In this document: positions 19,113 to 29,427 of the stretch, in pieces
Numbering within the stretch: the first letter of the stretch is position 1
Layout of the letters: each line of letters opens with the position of its first letter
DNA from: Alphaproteobacteria bacterium
GTDB taxonomy: Bacteria > Pseudomonadota > Alphaproteobacteria > JAAXGF01
DNA: 64,000 nucleotides
Assembly (NCBI GenBank): GCA_963555825.3
Contig: CAUVXB020000001.1
Location: forward strand, 1,312,001 to 1,376,000
Direction: 5' to 3'
Position numbers and translations under genes: made by a program
The notes under the pieces: generated by a model
What the model saw: the letters and a program-made list of their open reading frames with translations, nothing else
What the model was told of the DNA's origin: nothing
The model's database searches: none

Positions 19113-21071
19113 TCAGCCCGCCATATCGTAAAGTGCGCGCTCGCGTTCGCGATACTCGGGCGCGTAGGGCAGCCGGGTGATCGCCGCGGCCTCGGGGGTC
19201 AGCGCGACCAGGTCGTCGCGGTTGAGCTTGGTCACCGCGTCGTGGCCGAGGCCGAGCGTCAGCGCGGCGATCTGCCAGCGCACGCCCTCGAGGTAGCGGT
19301 GGATGTTGTGCGCCTCGACCTGGGGCTTGTAGCGTTTCTCGTGCTCGGGGTCCTGGGTCGCGATGCCGGTGACGCACTGGCCGACGTGGCACTGCATGCA
19401 GGCGATGCAGCCGCCGGCGATGATCGTCGCGGTGCCCATGGCGACCGCGTCGGCGCCCAGGCACAGCGCCTTGACCGCATCGATGCCGTCGCGGATGCCG
19501 CCCATCAGGACGATCTCGATCTTGTCGCGGCAATCGATCTCTTCGAGCGCGTCGAGCGCGGCGATGATCGCCGAGATCGTCGGGATGCCGACATATTCCA
19601 TGACCTCGGCGCCGCCCGCGCCGGTCGAGCCCTGCATGCCGTCGAGCTCGACGAAGTCGAAACCGTCTTTCACCGCGATCTTGATGTCGTCGTGAATGCG
19701 CCCGGCGCCCATCTTGACGCTGACCGGCAGTCTGTAGCCGGTCGCCTCACGGAATTCCTCGACCTTGATGACCAGATCGTCGGCGCCCAGGATGTCCGGG
19801 TGGCGCGACGGCGAGCGCAGGTCGATGCCGTGCGGGATGCCGCGGATGGCGGCGAGTTCCTTGGTAACCTTCTTGGCCATCAGTTGGCCGCCGAAGCCCG
19901 GCTTGGCGCCCTGTGAGATATAGATCTCGAGCCCGTCGGCGCGGTTCATGTCATGGATGTTCCAGCCCAGCCGGCCGCCCAGACACTGGAAGATGAGCTG
20001 CTTTGCGGCGCCGCGCTGGGCGTCGCTCATGCCCCCCTCGCCGGTGTTCTCGGCGATGCCCGCGAGCCCCGAGGCGATGCCGACCGCCTGCTTGGTCGAG
20101 CGCGACAGCGCACCGTAGCTCATCGGCGCGATCATCACCGGCATCGTGAGGTCGAGCGGCTTGGCGCCGTTCTTGCCGCCGATCAGCGTGTGCATCTCGA
20201 CCTTCGAGACCGGGTCGGCAATCTCGCCGATGGTCGCGAGGTCCTGCTTGAAGGCGAGGTCCGAGAGATGCGGCAACTCGCGCGCGCCGCCGTAGCCACG
20301 CACGCGGTAACGACCGATCTGCGACTTGACGTAGAGGTCCTCCTGAATCTTCGGATTCCAATAGTCCGACGCGCCAGAGAACGAGAAGAAGGGGATCGAG
20401 CGGATCGGCTCCTCGGACGTGCTGTAGCGCAGCTTCTTGCCCGCGTTGACGACCTTGCGAAAGCCGCCGTTGAACGGGATCTCGTAGCGCTCGAGGAATT
20501 CGCGCACGCTGTCCAGCTCGTCGCCCGCGATGTCGATCTCGACGGCGTCGGAGCCGAGCGAATTCAGCTTGCCGCCGAGGTAGATCTCGCCGCCGGTGAT
20601 GTCCTCGCCCAGGCGCTCGCCCGATTCGCCGACGATGATGATGCGCCCGCCGTACATCATGTAACCGGCCATGAAGTTGGCGTTGCCGGCGCAGCACAGC
20701 GTGCCCGCCTTCATCACCTGACCGGCGCGCGAGCCCATGTTGCCGCGCACGACGACCTCGGCGCCGCGGATCGCGACGCCCGGGATGGCGCCCGCGTTGC
20801 CGCCGACCACGACCGAGCCGATGTACATATTGTCGGCCAGGCCCCAGCCGACGTTGTTGTCGATCTCGAAGCGCGGGCCGTCGGTCAGTCCGGCGCAGAA
20901 GTAGCCGGCCGAGCCACGCACCCGCACGGTAATGGGATGCGTCAGGCCGACGCCGATATGGTGGCGCGCGTCGGGGTTGAGGACCTCGACGTCCTCGCCC
21001 CTGGCGCCCGCCTCACGAATCAACTCGTTGGCGTCGCGGACCGCGACGTCGGCTAGATCGATCGTGACCAT
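19113..21071 (-). CDS. GXGXG (GltB3/MgsB-like) domain fused to FMN-binding glutamate synthase domain (GltB2/MgsC-like)
   Basis: N-terminal Gly-rich repeats (GSAGYFCAG, AGYMMYGG); MSYGALS, NTGEGG, QGAKPG, SPSRHPD, CIACMQCHVGQC 3Fe-4S motif. Confidence 0.88.
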   Translation of the reverse strand: MVTIDLADVAVRDANELIREAGARGEDVEVLNPDARHHIGVGLTHPITVRVRGSAGYFCAGLTDGPRFEIDNNVGWGLADNMYIGSVVVGGNAGAIPGVAIRGAEVVVRGNMGSRAGQVMKAGTLCCAGNANFMAGYMMYGGRIIIVGESGERLGEDITGGEIYLGGKLNSLGSDAVEIDIAGDELDSVREFLERYEIPFNGGFRKVVNAGKKLRYSTSEEPIRSIPFFSFSGASDYWNPKIQEDLYVKSQIGRYRVRGYGGARELPHLSDLAFKQDLATIGEIADPVSKVEMHTLIGGKNGAKPLDLTMPVMIAPMSYGALSRSTKQAVGIASGLAGIAENTGEGGMSDAQRGAAKQLIFQCLGGRLGWNIHDMNRADGLEIYISQGAKPGFGGQLMAKKVTKELAAIRGIPHGIDLRSPSRHPDILGADDLVIKVEEFREATGYRLPVSVKMGAGRIHDDIKIAVKDGFDFVELDGMQGSTGAGGAEVMEYVGIPTISAIIAALDALEEIDCRDKIEIVLMGGIRDGIDAVKALCLGADAVAMGTATIIAGGCIACMQCHVGQCVTGIATQDPEHEKRYKPQVEAHNIHRYLEGVRWQIAALTLGLGHDAVTKLNRDDLVALTPEAAAITRLPYAPEYRERERALYDMAG

Positions 21072-21964
21072 GTGTTGAAGCTGCCCGGCGGCGGCTCGCG
21101 CGTATCGAGCGCCTGGCCGGGGAAGAGGCGGTTGAGCGAGACTTCTTCCGAGGCGATCGCGATCAGGTCGTCGGTCTCGTACATGATCATCGGCTTGACC
21201 GCCAGGCGGTCCTTGGCGTAGCCGATCTCGTCCTTGGTCGACACCAGGAACGAGAAGGTGCCGTCGAGATCGTCGATCGAGGTTTCGAGTGCGTCCTTGA
21301 GCGCGACGCCCTGCGCCATCTTGTCGGCCAGGTAGACCGCTATCAGCTCGGAATCGTTGTCGGTGGTGAACTGGAAGCCGCGCCGCTCGAGCCTGCGGCG
21401 CATCTTCCAGTAGTTGGTGATCTGACCGTTGTGGACGATCGCGACGTCCGAGAAGCCGGTCGCCCAGAACGGGTGCGCGGCCTCGGGCTTGACGTCGGAT
21501 TCGGTCGCCAGCCGGACATGGCCAAGCCCGTGGGTGCCGTCGAAATCGTGCACGTCGAAGGTGGCGTCGACGTCGTGCGCGCTGCCGACGTCCTTGACGA
21601 TCTCGAGGCTCTCGCCGATCGAGATCACCTTGGCGGCGTGCTCGATGGCGTAGGCGAACTTCTGCACATCGCCCGCCACCTCGACGACGGCGCGGTAGTT
21701 GTTGCCGATCTGCTGGTCCTCGACGATCGCGGCGCCGAGCGTGGCCAGCGTCTCGCGGATACGGCCGATCGAATCGCCCGCCTCGTTGCCCTCGCCGACG
21801 AAGAAGCGCAGCTTGAGGCGGCCGCCCTCGGCCTCACCGTAGAGTGCGAAGCCGGTCGAATCGGGGCCGCGGTGCTGGCAGCCGTCGAGCATGTCGACCA
21901 GCGCCTGGCCGGTCGAAATCTCCATGCCGCCGTGTTTGAGCATGATGCCGGCAATGCCGCACAT
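21053..21964 (-). CDS. Class II glutamine amidotransferase (GltB1/MgsA/GlxB-like)
   Basis: MCGIAG N-terminus, HRGPDSTG, GHVRLATES, AHPF, VHNGQITN, DNDSE. Confidence 0.9.
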   Translation of the reverse strand: MCGIAGIMLKHGGMEISTGQALVDMLDGCQHRGPDSTGFALYGEAEGGRLKLRFFVGEGNEAGDSIGRIRETLATLGAAIVEDQQIGNNYRAVVEVAGDVQKFAYAIEHAAKVISIGESLEIVKDVGSAHDVDATFDVHDFDGTHGLGHVRLATESDVKPEAAHPFWATGFSDVAIVHNGQITNYWKMRRRLERRGFQFTTDNDSELIAVYLADKMAQGVALKDALETSIDDLDGTFSFLVSTKDEIGYAKDRLAVKPMIMYETDDLIAIASEEVSLNRLFPGQALDTREPPPGSFNTWSRSI

Positions 21965-22098
21965 GGCCTGTTCCTCGCGCCGATTGTCGGGGCCGTTTCC
22001 CGGTCCCCAAGCTAGTGCCGAGCAACCTATCACGCAATCCCTTCCGAGGAAACTTTTTTTCCGCTCAGGAATTACGAAAGATTGTCAGGAATCGCCCC

Positions 22099-23082
22099 TC
22101 AATACGACTCGCCCAATCTCAGATAGTCGTAGCGGTCGGCCGAGTGGACGGTGACTTCGCTGATCTCTCCGTCGTGGACGATGGCGAGCGGCACTTCGAC
22201 GCCGGCGGGCCCGAGCGCCCAGATGGCGCGGAACATGTCGCGCATGGTCGTCACCGCCCGGCCGTCGACGCCGATCACGACATCGCCCGCGACGATGCCG
22301 GCCTCGGCCGCCGGGCTCTCGTCGGCGACCTGGACGACGAAGACGTGGCCGCGCTGATCGTTGGTGAACATGCCGATCCAGGGCGTCGGCGGCCCGGCCG
22401 CGCGGCCGTCGTCGATGAGGTCGGCGAGGACCGGCTTCAACAGGTCGATCGGTACGAACATGTTGCCGGGCATGGGCGGGCCGTCCTCAAGCGCGTGGCC
22501 GACCATCAGCGAGCCGATGCCGAGCAGCTTGCCGTCGGGGCCGATCAGCGCGGCGCCGCCGTATTCGCGGTGCGGCGGCGCGGTGAAGATGGCGCGCTCC
22601 AGGAGGTATTCCCACGAGCCGGCGAAGGGGCGACGCGAGACGACGATGGCGCGCACCGCGTCGCGCACCCCCGAGTAGCTCGCCACCAGCACCCGGTCGC
22701 GCCGCTCAAGCGACGCCGACGAGCCGAGCTCGAGCGGCGCGATATCGAGCGGCGCTTGCGCGCGCACCAAGCCGAAGCCGGTCGCGTCGTCGTACGCGAC
22801 CACGGTCGCCGCGACGCGCCGGTCGTCGGTCGTGATCTTGACCGCGTCGGCCTCGAGAATCAGGTAGCCGATGGTCAGCACCAGCCCGTCGTCGTCGATC
22901 ACCACGCCCGAGCCCGAACGCATCGTGCCCAGGCTGCCGGCGGTGCGCGCGCTATCCAGCACCTCGGCCTCGATATGCACCACCGCGGCGAAGAAATCGG
23001 CGTTCTGGGCGCGCGCCGGCACCGGCAGCGTGGCAATTGCCAACAGGATTATCGGTATGGCCAAGCGGCAGAGGCGGATCAT
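22099..23082 (-). CDS. Trypsin-like S1C fold plus PDZ protein with degenerate catalytic motifs
   Basis: Signal peptide, GSGVVIDDDGLVLTIGY, YGGAALIG, SPAAEAGIVAGDV (PDZ). Confidence 0.8.
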   Translation of the reverse strand: MIRLCRLAIPIILLAIATLPVPARAQNADFFAAVVHIEAEVLDSARTAGSLGTMRSGSGVVIDDDGLVLTIGYLILEADAVKITTDDRRVAATVVAYDDATGFGLVRAQAPLDIAPLELGSSASLERRDRVLVASYSGVRDAVRAIVVSRRPFAGSWEYLLERAIFTAPPHREYGGAALIGPDGKLLGIGSLMVGHALEDGPPMPGNMFVPIDLLKPVLADLIDDGRAAGPPTPWIGMFTNDQRGHVFVVQVADESPAAEAGIVAGDVVIGVDGRAVTTMRDMFRAIWALGPAGVEVPLAIVHDGEISEVTVHSADRYDYLRLGESY

Positions 23083-23150
23083 CGATCGGTCCCCTTACGG
23101 CGGGACGCGGGCCCGCCCCTTAAGCGACATAGCGCGCCGCCATTGTAATA

Positions 23151-23426
23151 CCAAGGATCAGTTATAAAGACCCCTAGAGACGGCTTGCCGTGGTTCTCGG
23201 CTAGGCGCGCCCGTCGCGGCGATGCAGCGCATCGCGAGACGGGCGGAACGACGTCCGCCAGTCTGATAGCGGGCGAGAGCCTCGGCAAGCCGCCCTTCGG
23301 GTCGCGGCCGCTTATCGCCGGAGGGCGCCAAGTTGCCTAGCCGATGCGCTGCATCGCCCGCGGCTGCCTTGCCTCACCGGCGAAAAGCGGACGCGATCTC
23401 TAGGGGCCTTTATAACTGATCCTTGG
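23151..23426. mobile_element. 276-bp MITE with about 30-bp TIRs, flanked by TA
   Basis: TA|CCAAGGATCAGTTATAAAGACCCCTAGAGA ... TCTCTAGGGGCCTTTATAACTGATCCTTGG|TA, one mismatch; nested internal IRs; no credible ORF. Confidence 0.85.
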
Positions 23427-23433
23427 TATGATA

Positions 23434-24603
23434 CCGCATCCGGCTGATCAGTTCGGATAGATGGTTTTGGGCCACCAGTGGAAGTCGATACGCCCCTTGA
23501 AGAGTTCGGGATTGGCATCGAGAGTGAGGCAGCGCCGGGCGACGACGGCGTCGAGTTCCTCGATGGTCTCGAAGTGTCTGTTTGCGACCGGCTCGTCGAG
23601 TACGGGCCAGAGACATTCGGCCGGTTGCAGCTGGGGCGTATAGGGCGGCAAGTAGACGAGGTGGAGGCCTTCCGGCACCGTGAGGTTCGGCGCCGTGTGC
23701 CACCCGGCGCCGTCGATCACCAGGATGATGATGCGGCTCTGCCCAGCGCCGGCCTCGCGGGCGAAGAGGGCGAGCAGCTTCTCGAAGAATGGCTTGGAGA
23801 CACAATTGGAGATGTACCAAAAGGTCTCTCCGCTGGTCGGCGAGACGAGGGCGGTGACGTAGAGCCATTTGAAGCGGTGGTGGCCGAGCGCCACCGGGCG
23901 CATCCCGCGCGGCGCCCAGCAGCGCCGGGCCAATGGCTTCAGACCGAGCCGGTGTTCGTCGCTGGCGAAGACTTCGATCGGCGTGCCGGGGTGGCGCTCG
24001 GCTTCTTCCGCGACCAGGCGGTGAAGTTTTTTTTAAACGCCTGGCGTTCTTCCTCGCTCGCCGCCCCGGGGTTGTTCGGCCTGGGCACCTGCAAACTCCA
24101 CTCGACTGCCTTCAGCGCCTCCCAGCCCCGTTGCGGCGCCACCGTCTCCAAGCCCAGTTCGCCCGCCATCCAAGCCGCCACCTTCGGCCCAGACCACAAG
24201 CCGCCGTCCGCCGGCGGCTTTTTCAGGCGCTCTTTCAACACCGCCAGGACTTCCGGCTTCAGGATCGTCGCCTCGGAGCCGTTCGAGCGTCGACGATCGC
24301 CCAGCGACGACGGGCCGAGCTTGTTGTAGCGAGAAAGCAATTGTTCGAGCCAGCGTTGGCCGAAACTCGTCATCTCCGACACTTCGCGAACCGTATGGCC
24401 TTTGGCCAAAAGCCAGATCACCTGGAAGTGCCGCGCCTCCGTCGCCTCCGACGCCGAGCGATACCGTCCCTCCAACTCAGAAAGCTGCAAATGTTCCTCG
24501 ACATGCGCCATGTCCCGCCCCTCCGCGAATCATGACTACGGATCCTAACCCTTTCCGATTCCAACGGGAATCCGTCGCAACCGAATCATTCAGGCGGAGT
24601 CGG
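23434..24603 (-). mobile_element. IS630-family element with two frameshifted ORFs (24511-23939 and about 24030-23448)
   Basis: TA at 23432-33 and 24604-05; HTH ORF plus DDE ORF (IDGAGWH, LPPYTPQLQPAE); TTTAAAAAAAAC slippery site at about 24026-24037. Confidence 0.92.
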
Positions 24604-24686
24604 TATGAGACCAGTCGGCGTGGCCGGTGGGCAAAATGTCGGCACTTGGGCGATAATGGCTGGAACCGATGACGGAGGACCATGCC

Positions 24687-25550
24687 ATGGCCAAGCGACG
24701 CGTGCTGGTGACCGGCGCGGCGGGCACGATCTCTGGGCAGCTCCTGCCCGCCTTCCGCGAGCGCTACGATCTGGTGCTGCTCGACCGCGACGATAGCGAC
24801 GGCATCCGCGGCGCCGACCTGACCGATCCGGACGTCGACGCCTACCGCGAACACTTCCGGGGCGTCGACGCGATTGTCCACAACGGCTTCCAGTGGCGTC
24901 CCGAGGGCCGCACCGCGGCGCCGCTGCAGTGGCTCGACGACCAGCCGCCGGGCGCGCCGGACGGCTACTACACAGAGCGCGGCAACGTCGACATGGTGTT
25001 CCACGTCATGAAGCTGGCACTAGAGGAAAATGTCCGCCGCGTCGTCGTCACCAGCTCGAACCACGCCTGCGACTGGTACGAGACCAAGCTGCACCGGGGC
25101 GCCATGGACATGGTCTACCCCGACAGCTATCCGCTCTCGAACAACTTCTACGGCTGGGCCAAGGCGACCTACGAGCACCTCGGCTTCGTCTTCGCCACCG
25201 GGCGCTTCGGGCGCGCGGTCGAGAACGTCCACATCCGGATCGGCGCGCCGCGCCCGATCGTGGGCGCGGACTTGGCCGACAATCAGACAAGCTACCGGCG
25301 CGACCTCGGCGCCTACATCAGCCCGCGAGACGTACAGCAGCTCTACGTCAAGTCGATCGAAACGGAAGATATCGGCAACGGGGACGGCGTCCCCTTCCAA
25401 GTGTTCTACGGCATCTCGAACAACGCCCGCGCCTTCTGGTCGATCGCCAACGCGCGGCGGATCATCGACTACGCGCCCGAGGACGATTCCGAGCTCTTGT
25501 ACGCCGACGACATCCGCCAACACTTGATGGCGCCGGGAAGGACAGGTTAA
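24687..25550 (+). CDS. NAD-dependent epimerase/dehydratase (uronate-dehydrogenase-like)
   Basis: VTGAAGTI, SSNHA, YGWAK, RIG, FYGISNN. Confidence 0.85.
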   Translation: MAKRRVLVTGAAGTISGQLLPAFRERYDLVLLDRDDSDGIRGADLTDPDVDAYREHFRGVDAIVHNGFQWRPEGRTAAPLQWLDDQPPGAPDGYYTERGNVDMVFHVMKLALEENVRRVVVTSSNHACDWYETKLHRGAMDMVYPDSYPLSNNFYGWAKATYEHLGFVFATGRFGRAVENVHIRIGAPRPIVGADLADNQTSYRRDLGAYISPRDVQQLYVKSIETEDIGNGDGVPFQVFYGISNNARAFWSIANARRIIDYAPEDDSELLYADDIRQHLMAPGRTG

Positions 25551-25562
25551 TGGATCGCGGCC

Positions 25563-27962
25563 CTAGTAACTCTTGCCGCCGGTCTTGAGGTTCAGCACCC
25601 GATAGGTCGCGCCGTCGATTCTTACCGTGTAGACGCCGCTGGCCGAACCCGACTTCTGCGCGCCGTCGAGGCGCCACCGGAAGCCGACATCGAGCGTCAC
25701 GATGTCGCCCGCCACGCGGGTCACCACGATCTTGCCGAACGAGTCGATCAGGGCCTGCGAGGTGCCGCCGGCGGCGCCGCCCTCGCGCTTGAAGATGCCC
25801 GCCTTCTTGTAGTGGTCCTTCATCGCCTTGTGCAGGGCCTTGTCGGTCACCAGCTTTTCCTTGTCGATGACGACGGCCGCTTTCGGCGGCGGCGTGGCCA
25901 GCGCGGTCTGAACCTCGGCGGCGGCGGCCGCCGCCTGACGCTCGGCCTCGGCCTTCGCCGCCGCTTGGCGCTCGGCTTCCTGGCGCCGGGTTTCCGCCTC
26001 GGCGGCGAGGCGCTCGGCCTCGAGGCGCACGGCTTCCCGACGTTCGGCCTCTCGAATGGCGCCGAGCCGGGTCTGCGCCAAATCGGCGAAGTGGCCGTCC
26101 GGAAAACGCCGGAGATAGGCCTCGAGGTCCGCCGGCCGCGTCGAATCCTTGACCGATTCCCAAAACGCGATATCGAGATCGGTTGTGGCCGGCGCGGTCT
26201 CGGGCGCCGGCGCCGGTGCCGCTTCAGGCGGCGCCAACGCCGCCAGCGCGGTGCGTTTGGCGCGCGCGCGCGGCGCGAAATGACCGCTCGGGAAGCCGCC
26301 GAGGAAGGCTTCGAAATCGCTGTCGTCGGACGAGCCCGCGATCGATTGCCAGGCGGCAATTTCCGCCGGATCGACCTCGGTGACCAGCGAGCCGAAGACG
26401 AAGGCCGTTCGGCCAGCCTGCTCGACACGGTACCAATTGCCGTCGGCGAGCTTGCCGGTCACGGCGACGGCGGCGTCGCGTTCGAGCCGCCCGACCCGCT
26501 CGGCGGCGGTCGTCGGTTCGGCGCGCAGGTTGGCGGTCTTGAGCGCGACGAATGTCGCGTCCAATTCATCGATCGCGATGGCCGACACGGGCGGCGGGGC
26601 GACCGCTGCGGTTTGCGTCTCGCCGCCGAGCTGTTTGAGTTTGAGACGCGCCAGCGCAGCGAATTTGCCGTTGGGATATTCTGACAGATAGACCTCGAAG
26701 CTCGCCGGATCCTTGCTGTCCCTGACGGTCTGCCAAAAGACCGTTTCCTGTTCGAGCGTCGCGGCCGCGTCGCCTGACCGCCCGGTCTCGACCGGCGCCA
26801 GCGCAGGCGCCGTCGCTGCTGGCTCGGAGGCCTCGACGTTGACCGCGAGGTTGATCACCAGTGGCACGAAGATGAAGTCGCCGCCGTCGTGGCCCGCCTT
26901 GCGTACGTCGGCGTATTCGGGCGTCTGGTCGGCGTTGACGACGATCGGCCGCTTGATGGCGTCGAACAGCGACTGGCCGTCGAGCACCCGGGTGTTGTCG
27001 CGCAGGGTCTCGAGGAACGCCTTGGCGAAGACCGAATATTGACCGCCGCCGGCATCGAGCACCGGCTCCAGCCCGCCCGAGGTGAGCGCCGTGCGCGAGC
27101 GCCGCGACGCCATCCGTTCGAGCCACGCCGAACGCTCGCTGCCGGTCTTCAATTGTGCCTCGACGTTGCGTGTCAGCTTGCCCGAATAGCAGCTGTCGGC
27201 GACGACCATGACATGCTTGGCGCGCATCGCGCGAAGCTGGCCGGTGATGTTGTTGTTCGAGATCCAGTTGACCGGGTTGTCCGGCTCGGCGTCGACCGGC
27301 AGCCAAAAGCCCTCGTCCGAACCGACGTCCAGGCTGCCGTGGCCGGCGTAATAGATCAGCAAGTTGTCCTTCTCGGTCAGCTGTGCGCGCTTGTGCGCCA
27401 GGGCCGAGATGATGTCGTAGCGGGTCGCGTCGATCAGCGTCTCGACGTTGAAGCCGTAAACTTCGATGAGCATGGCGGCGACCGCCTCGGCATCGCTCAC
27501 GGCCATCTTGAGATCGGACAGGTGCTGGTAGTCGTTGTTGCCGATGACGAGTGCGTGGAAGTTGCCGAACTCGGTCACCGCGGCCTGGGCGGCGGTGCGC
27601 CGCACGAAGACCTTATGCTCGGCTTTGTCGCCGTACGAACCCTCGACGACCAGCACGAGCTTGCTGCGGCCGACCGGCACCTGGCGGCGGATACGGAACG
27701 TGCCGTCGGAGGCCAGCGTGACCGGCGTGCCGTTGACCGACAGCGTCATCTCGCCCGGCGCCATGGCGCGACCGGTGAAGTCGACGGTCTCCTGGTCGGT
27801 GTCGATGCGCTTGGGGGCGTCGATCGCGGCGAGGCTCGACTGGGCGACGCGCAGCACCGCGCCGCCGCGATCCGCGACACCGAAGACCGCGCCATCGGCT
27901 TGAGGCCCGGCCCACGCGGGGCCGCCCAGCATCAGCGCGGCGATGAGCACGAGACATCTCAT
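25563..27962 (-). CDS. Secreted caspase-family (C14) protein with repeated helical motif and SH3-like domain
   Basis: Signal peptide, ALVIGNNDY, YYAGHG, VADSCYSG; three W..S.D...E.YL..YP.G.FA-type repeats; ANLRAEP..WYRV. Confidence 0.85.
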   Translation of the reverse strand: MRCLVLIAALMLGGPAWAGPQADGAVFGVADRGGAVLRVAQSSLAAIDAPKRIDTDQETVDFTGRAMAPGEMTLSVNGTPVTLASDGTFRIRRQVPVGRSKLVLVVEGSYGDKAEHKVFVRRTAAQAAVTEFGNFHALVIGNNDYQHLSDLKMAVSDAEAVAAMLIEVYGFNVETLIDATRYDIISALAHKRAQLTEKDNLLIYYAGHGSLDVGSDEGFWLPVDAEPDNPVNWISNNNITGQLRAMRAKHVMVVADSCYSGKLTRNVEAQLKTGSERSAWLERMASRRSRTALTSGGLEPVLDAGGGQYSVFAKAFLETLRDNTRVLDGQSLFDAIKRPIVVNADQTPEYADVRKAGHDGGDFIFVPLVINLAVNVEASEPAATAPALAPVETGRSGDAAATLEQETVFWQTVRDSKDPASFEVYLSEYPNGKFAALARLKLKQLGGETQTAAVAPPPVSAIAIDELDATFVALKTANLRAEPTTAAERVGRLERDAAVAVTGKLADGNWYRVEQAGRTAFVFGSLVTEVDPAEIAAWQSIAGSSDDSDFEAFLGGFPSGHFAPRARAKRTALAALAPPEAAPAPAPETAPATTDLDIAFWESVKDSTRPADLEAYLRRFPDGHFADLAQTRLGAIREAERREAVRLEAERLAAEAETRRQEAERQAAAKAEAERQAAAAAAEVQTALATPPPKAAVVIDKEKLVTDKALHKAMKDHYKKAGIFKREGGAAGGTSQALIDSFGKIVVTRVAGDIVTLDVGFRWRLDGAQKSGSASGVYTVRIDGATYRVLNLKTGGKSY

Positions 27963-28133
27963 TACGCTATCTCCCCTGTTGCGCTATGCTATGCGCCTTG
28001 CGGCCCCATGAAAAGCCCGTCGCCGAGGCGCCCTCGGCGGTTGCATCCGAGGCGTCGAGCCGCCAAGATCGCCTGACAGATGTCGACACACTGGCGCCAA
28101 GGGCCGTCGGCCCGGTGCCAACGGGGATTCGCC

Positions 28134-29270
28134 ATGTCCGGTGACAACGTCGCGCGTCCGACCTTCGACAAGCCGCTGACCGACGACGCGGTGCGCTCGT
28201 ACACGCTGCCGGCGCGCTATTACACCGATGCCGCGGTCATCGAGCGCGAGAAAGAGGCAATCTTCTACCGCAACTGGGCCTATATCGGGCATCAGAGCCA
28301 GTTCACCGAACCCGGCGATTACGTCTGCGACGTCGTGATCGACCAGCCGGTTTTGGTCATCCGCGGCAAGGATGGTGAATTGCGCGGCTTCTACAACGTG
28401 TGCCAGCACCGCGCCCATCTCCTGCTCAAGGAGGGCGCCGGCAATCGCAAGGTCATCACCTGTCCCTATCACGCCTGGTCGTATCACGCCGACGGGCGCC
28501 TGCGCAGCGCGCGCAACTGCGAGACCGTTCCGGACTTCGACAAGGCGGAATTCAGCCTGGTGCCGATCCGCATCGAGATCTTCGCCGGCTTCGTCTTCGT
28601 CAACCTCGACGACGACGCGCCGCCGCTCGCCAGCCAGGCGCCCGAGCTTGCCGAGGATCTGGCGCACTACGTGCCACGGTTCGACGAGCTGGTCGTCACC
28701 GACGTATCCGAATTCGCCGGCCCGAAGGCCGATTGGAAGGTAGTCGTCGACAACTACCTCGAGTGCTATCACTGCACGCCGGCACACGTGGCCTTCGCCG
28801 ACATGATCGACATGGATGCGTACCGGGTCGACACTTGGCGCATTCATTCACGCCAACTCGGGCCGGTGACCAAGCCCGAGAACGCGGCTTATGACTTCGA
28901 CGCCGACGACCCGGTCCAAAATAGCGCGTTCTGGTATCTGTGGCCGACGACGACGTTCAACCTGCTGCCCGGCGAGCTTGCCCTGAACGTGGTCACCTTC
29001 GTGCCCGGCGAGACGCCGGGCACGACGACCGGCAAGGTCGTCACCCTGGGACTGCCTGGCGACGGCCGGGAAACCGGCGCGCGCAACGACTATCTCGTCA
29101 ACGTGCTGATGCCGGAAGACCAGGCGCTCTGCGAATCGGTACAGCGCGGCCTGCATTCGCGCGGCTATCGGCAGGGCAAGTTCATCGTCGACAAGGAGTA
29201 CAGCGGCATTGGCGAACACGCTGTCCATCATTTTCACAGGCTGGTGAAGCACGCGCTGGACAGCGATTAG
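28134..29270 (+). CDS. Rieske non-heme iron oxygenase alpha subunit (choline/carnitine monooxygenase-like)
   Basis: NVCQHR, CPYHAWSY, DNYLECYHCTPAH, EDQALCESVQRG, EHAVHHFH; substrate not determinable. Confidence 0.88.
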   Translation: MSGDNVARPTFDKPLTDDAVRSYTLPARYYTDAAVIEREKEAIFYRNWAYIGHQSQFTEPGDYVCDVVIDQPVLVIRGKDGELRGFYNVCQHRAHLLLKEGAGNRKVITCPYHAWSYHADGRLRSARNCETVPDFDKAEFSLVPIRIEIFAGFVFVNLDDDAPPLASQAPELAEDLAHYVPRFDELVVTDVSEFAGPKADWKVVVDNYLECYHCTPAHVAFADMIDMDAYRVDTWRIHSRQLGPVTKPENAAYDFDADDPVQNSAFWYLWPTTTFNLLPGELALNVVTFVPGETPGTTTGKVVTLGLPGDGRETGARNDYLVNVLMPEDQALCESVQRGLHSRGYRQGKFIVDKEYSGIGEHAVHHFHRLVKHALDSD

Positions 29271-29427
29271 CCGGCAATCGCCGCGCCGGACGAGGCCGTC
29301 CGAATCAAGTTCGGACGCAGCGCGAGAGACACGGTTGAAGCGCGCGGCCATCCGGGCCACAATGGGGTCCAATATTGCGGCCAATGGGGAGCAACGGGTC
29401 GCCGTCCAACCTCGAAGGAGGGAGCAA

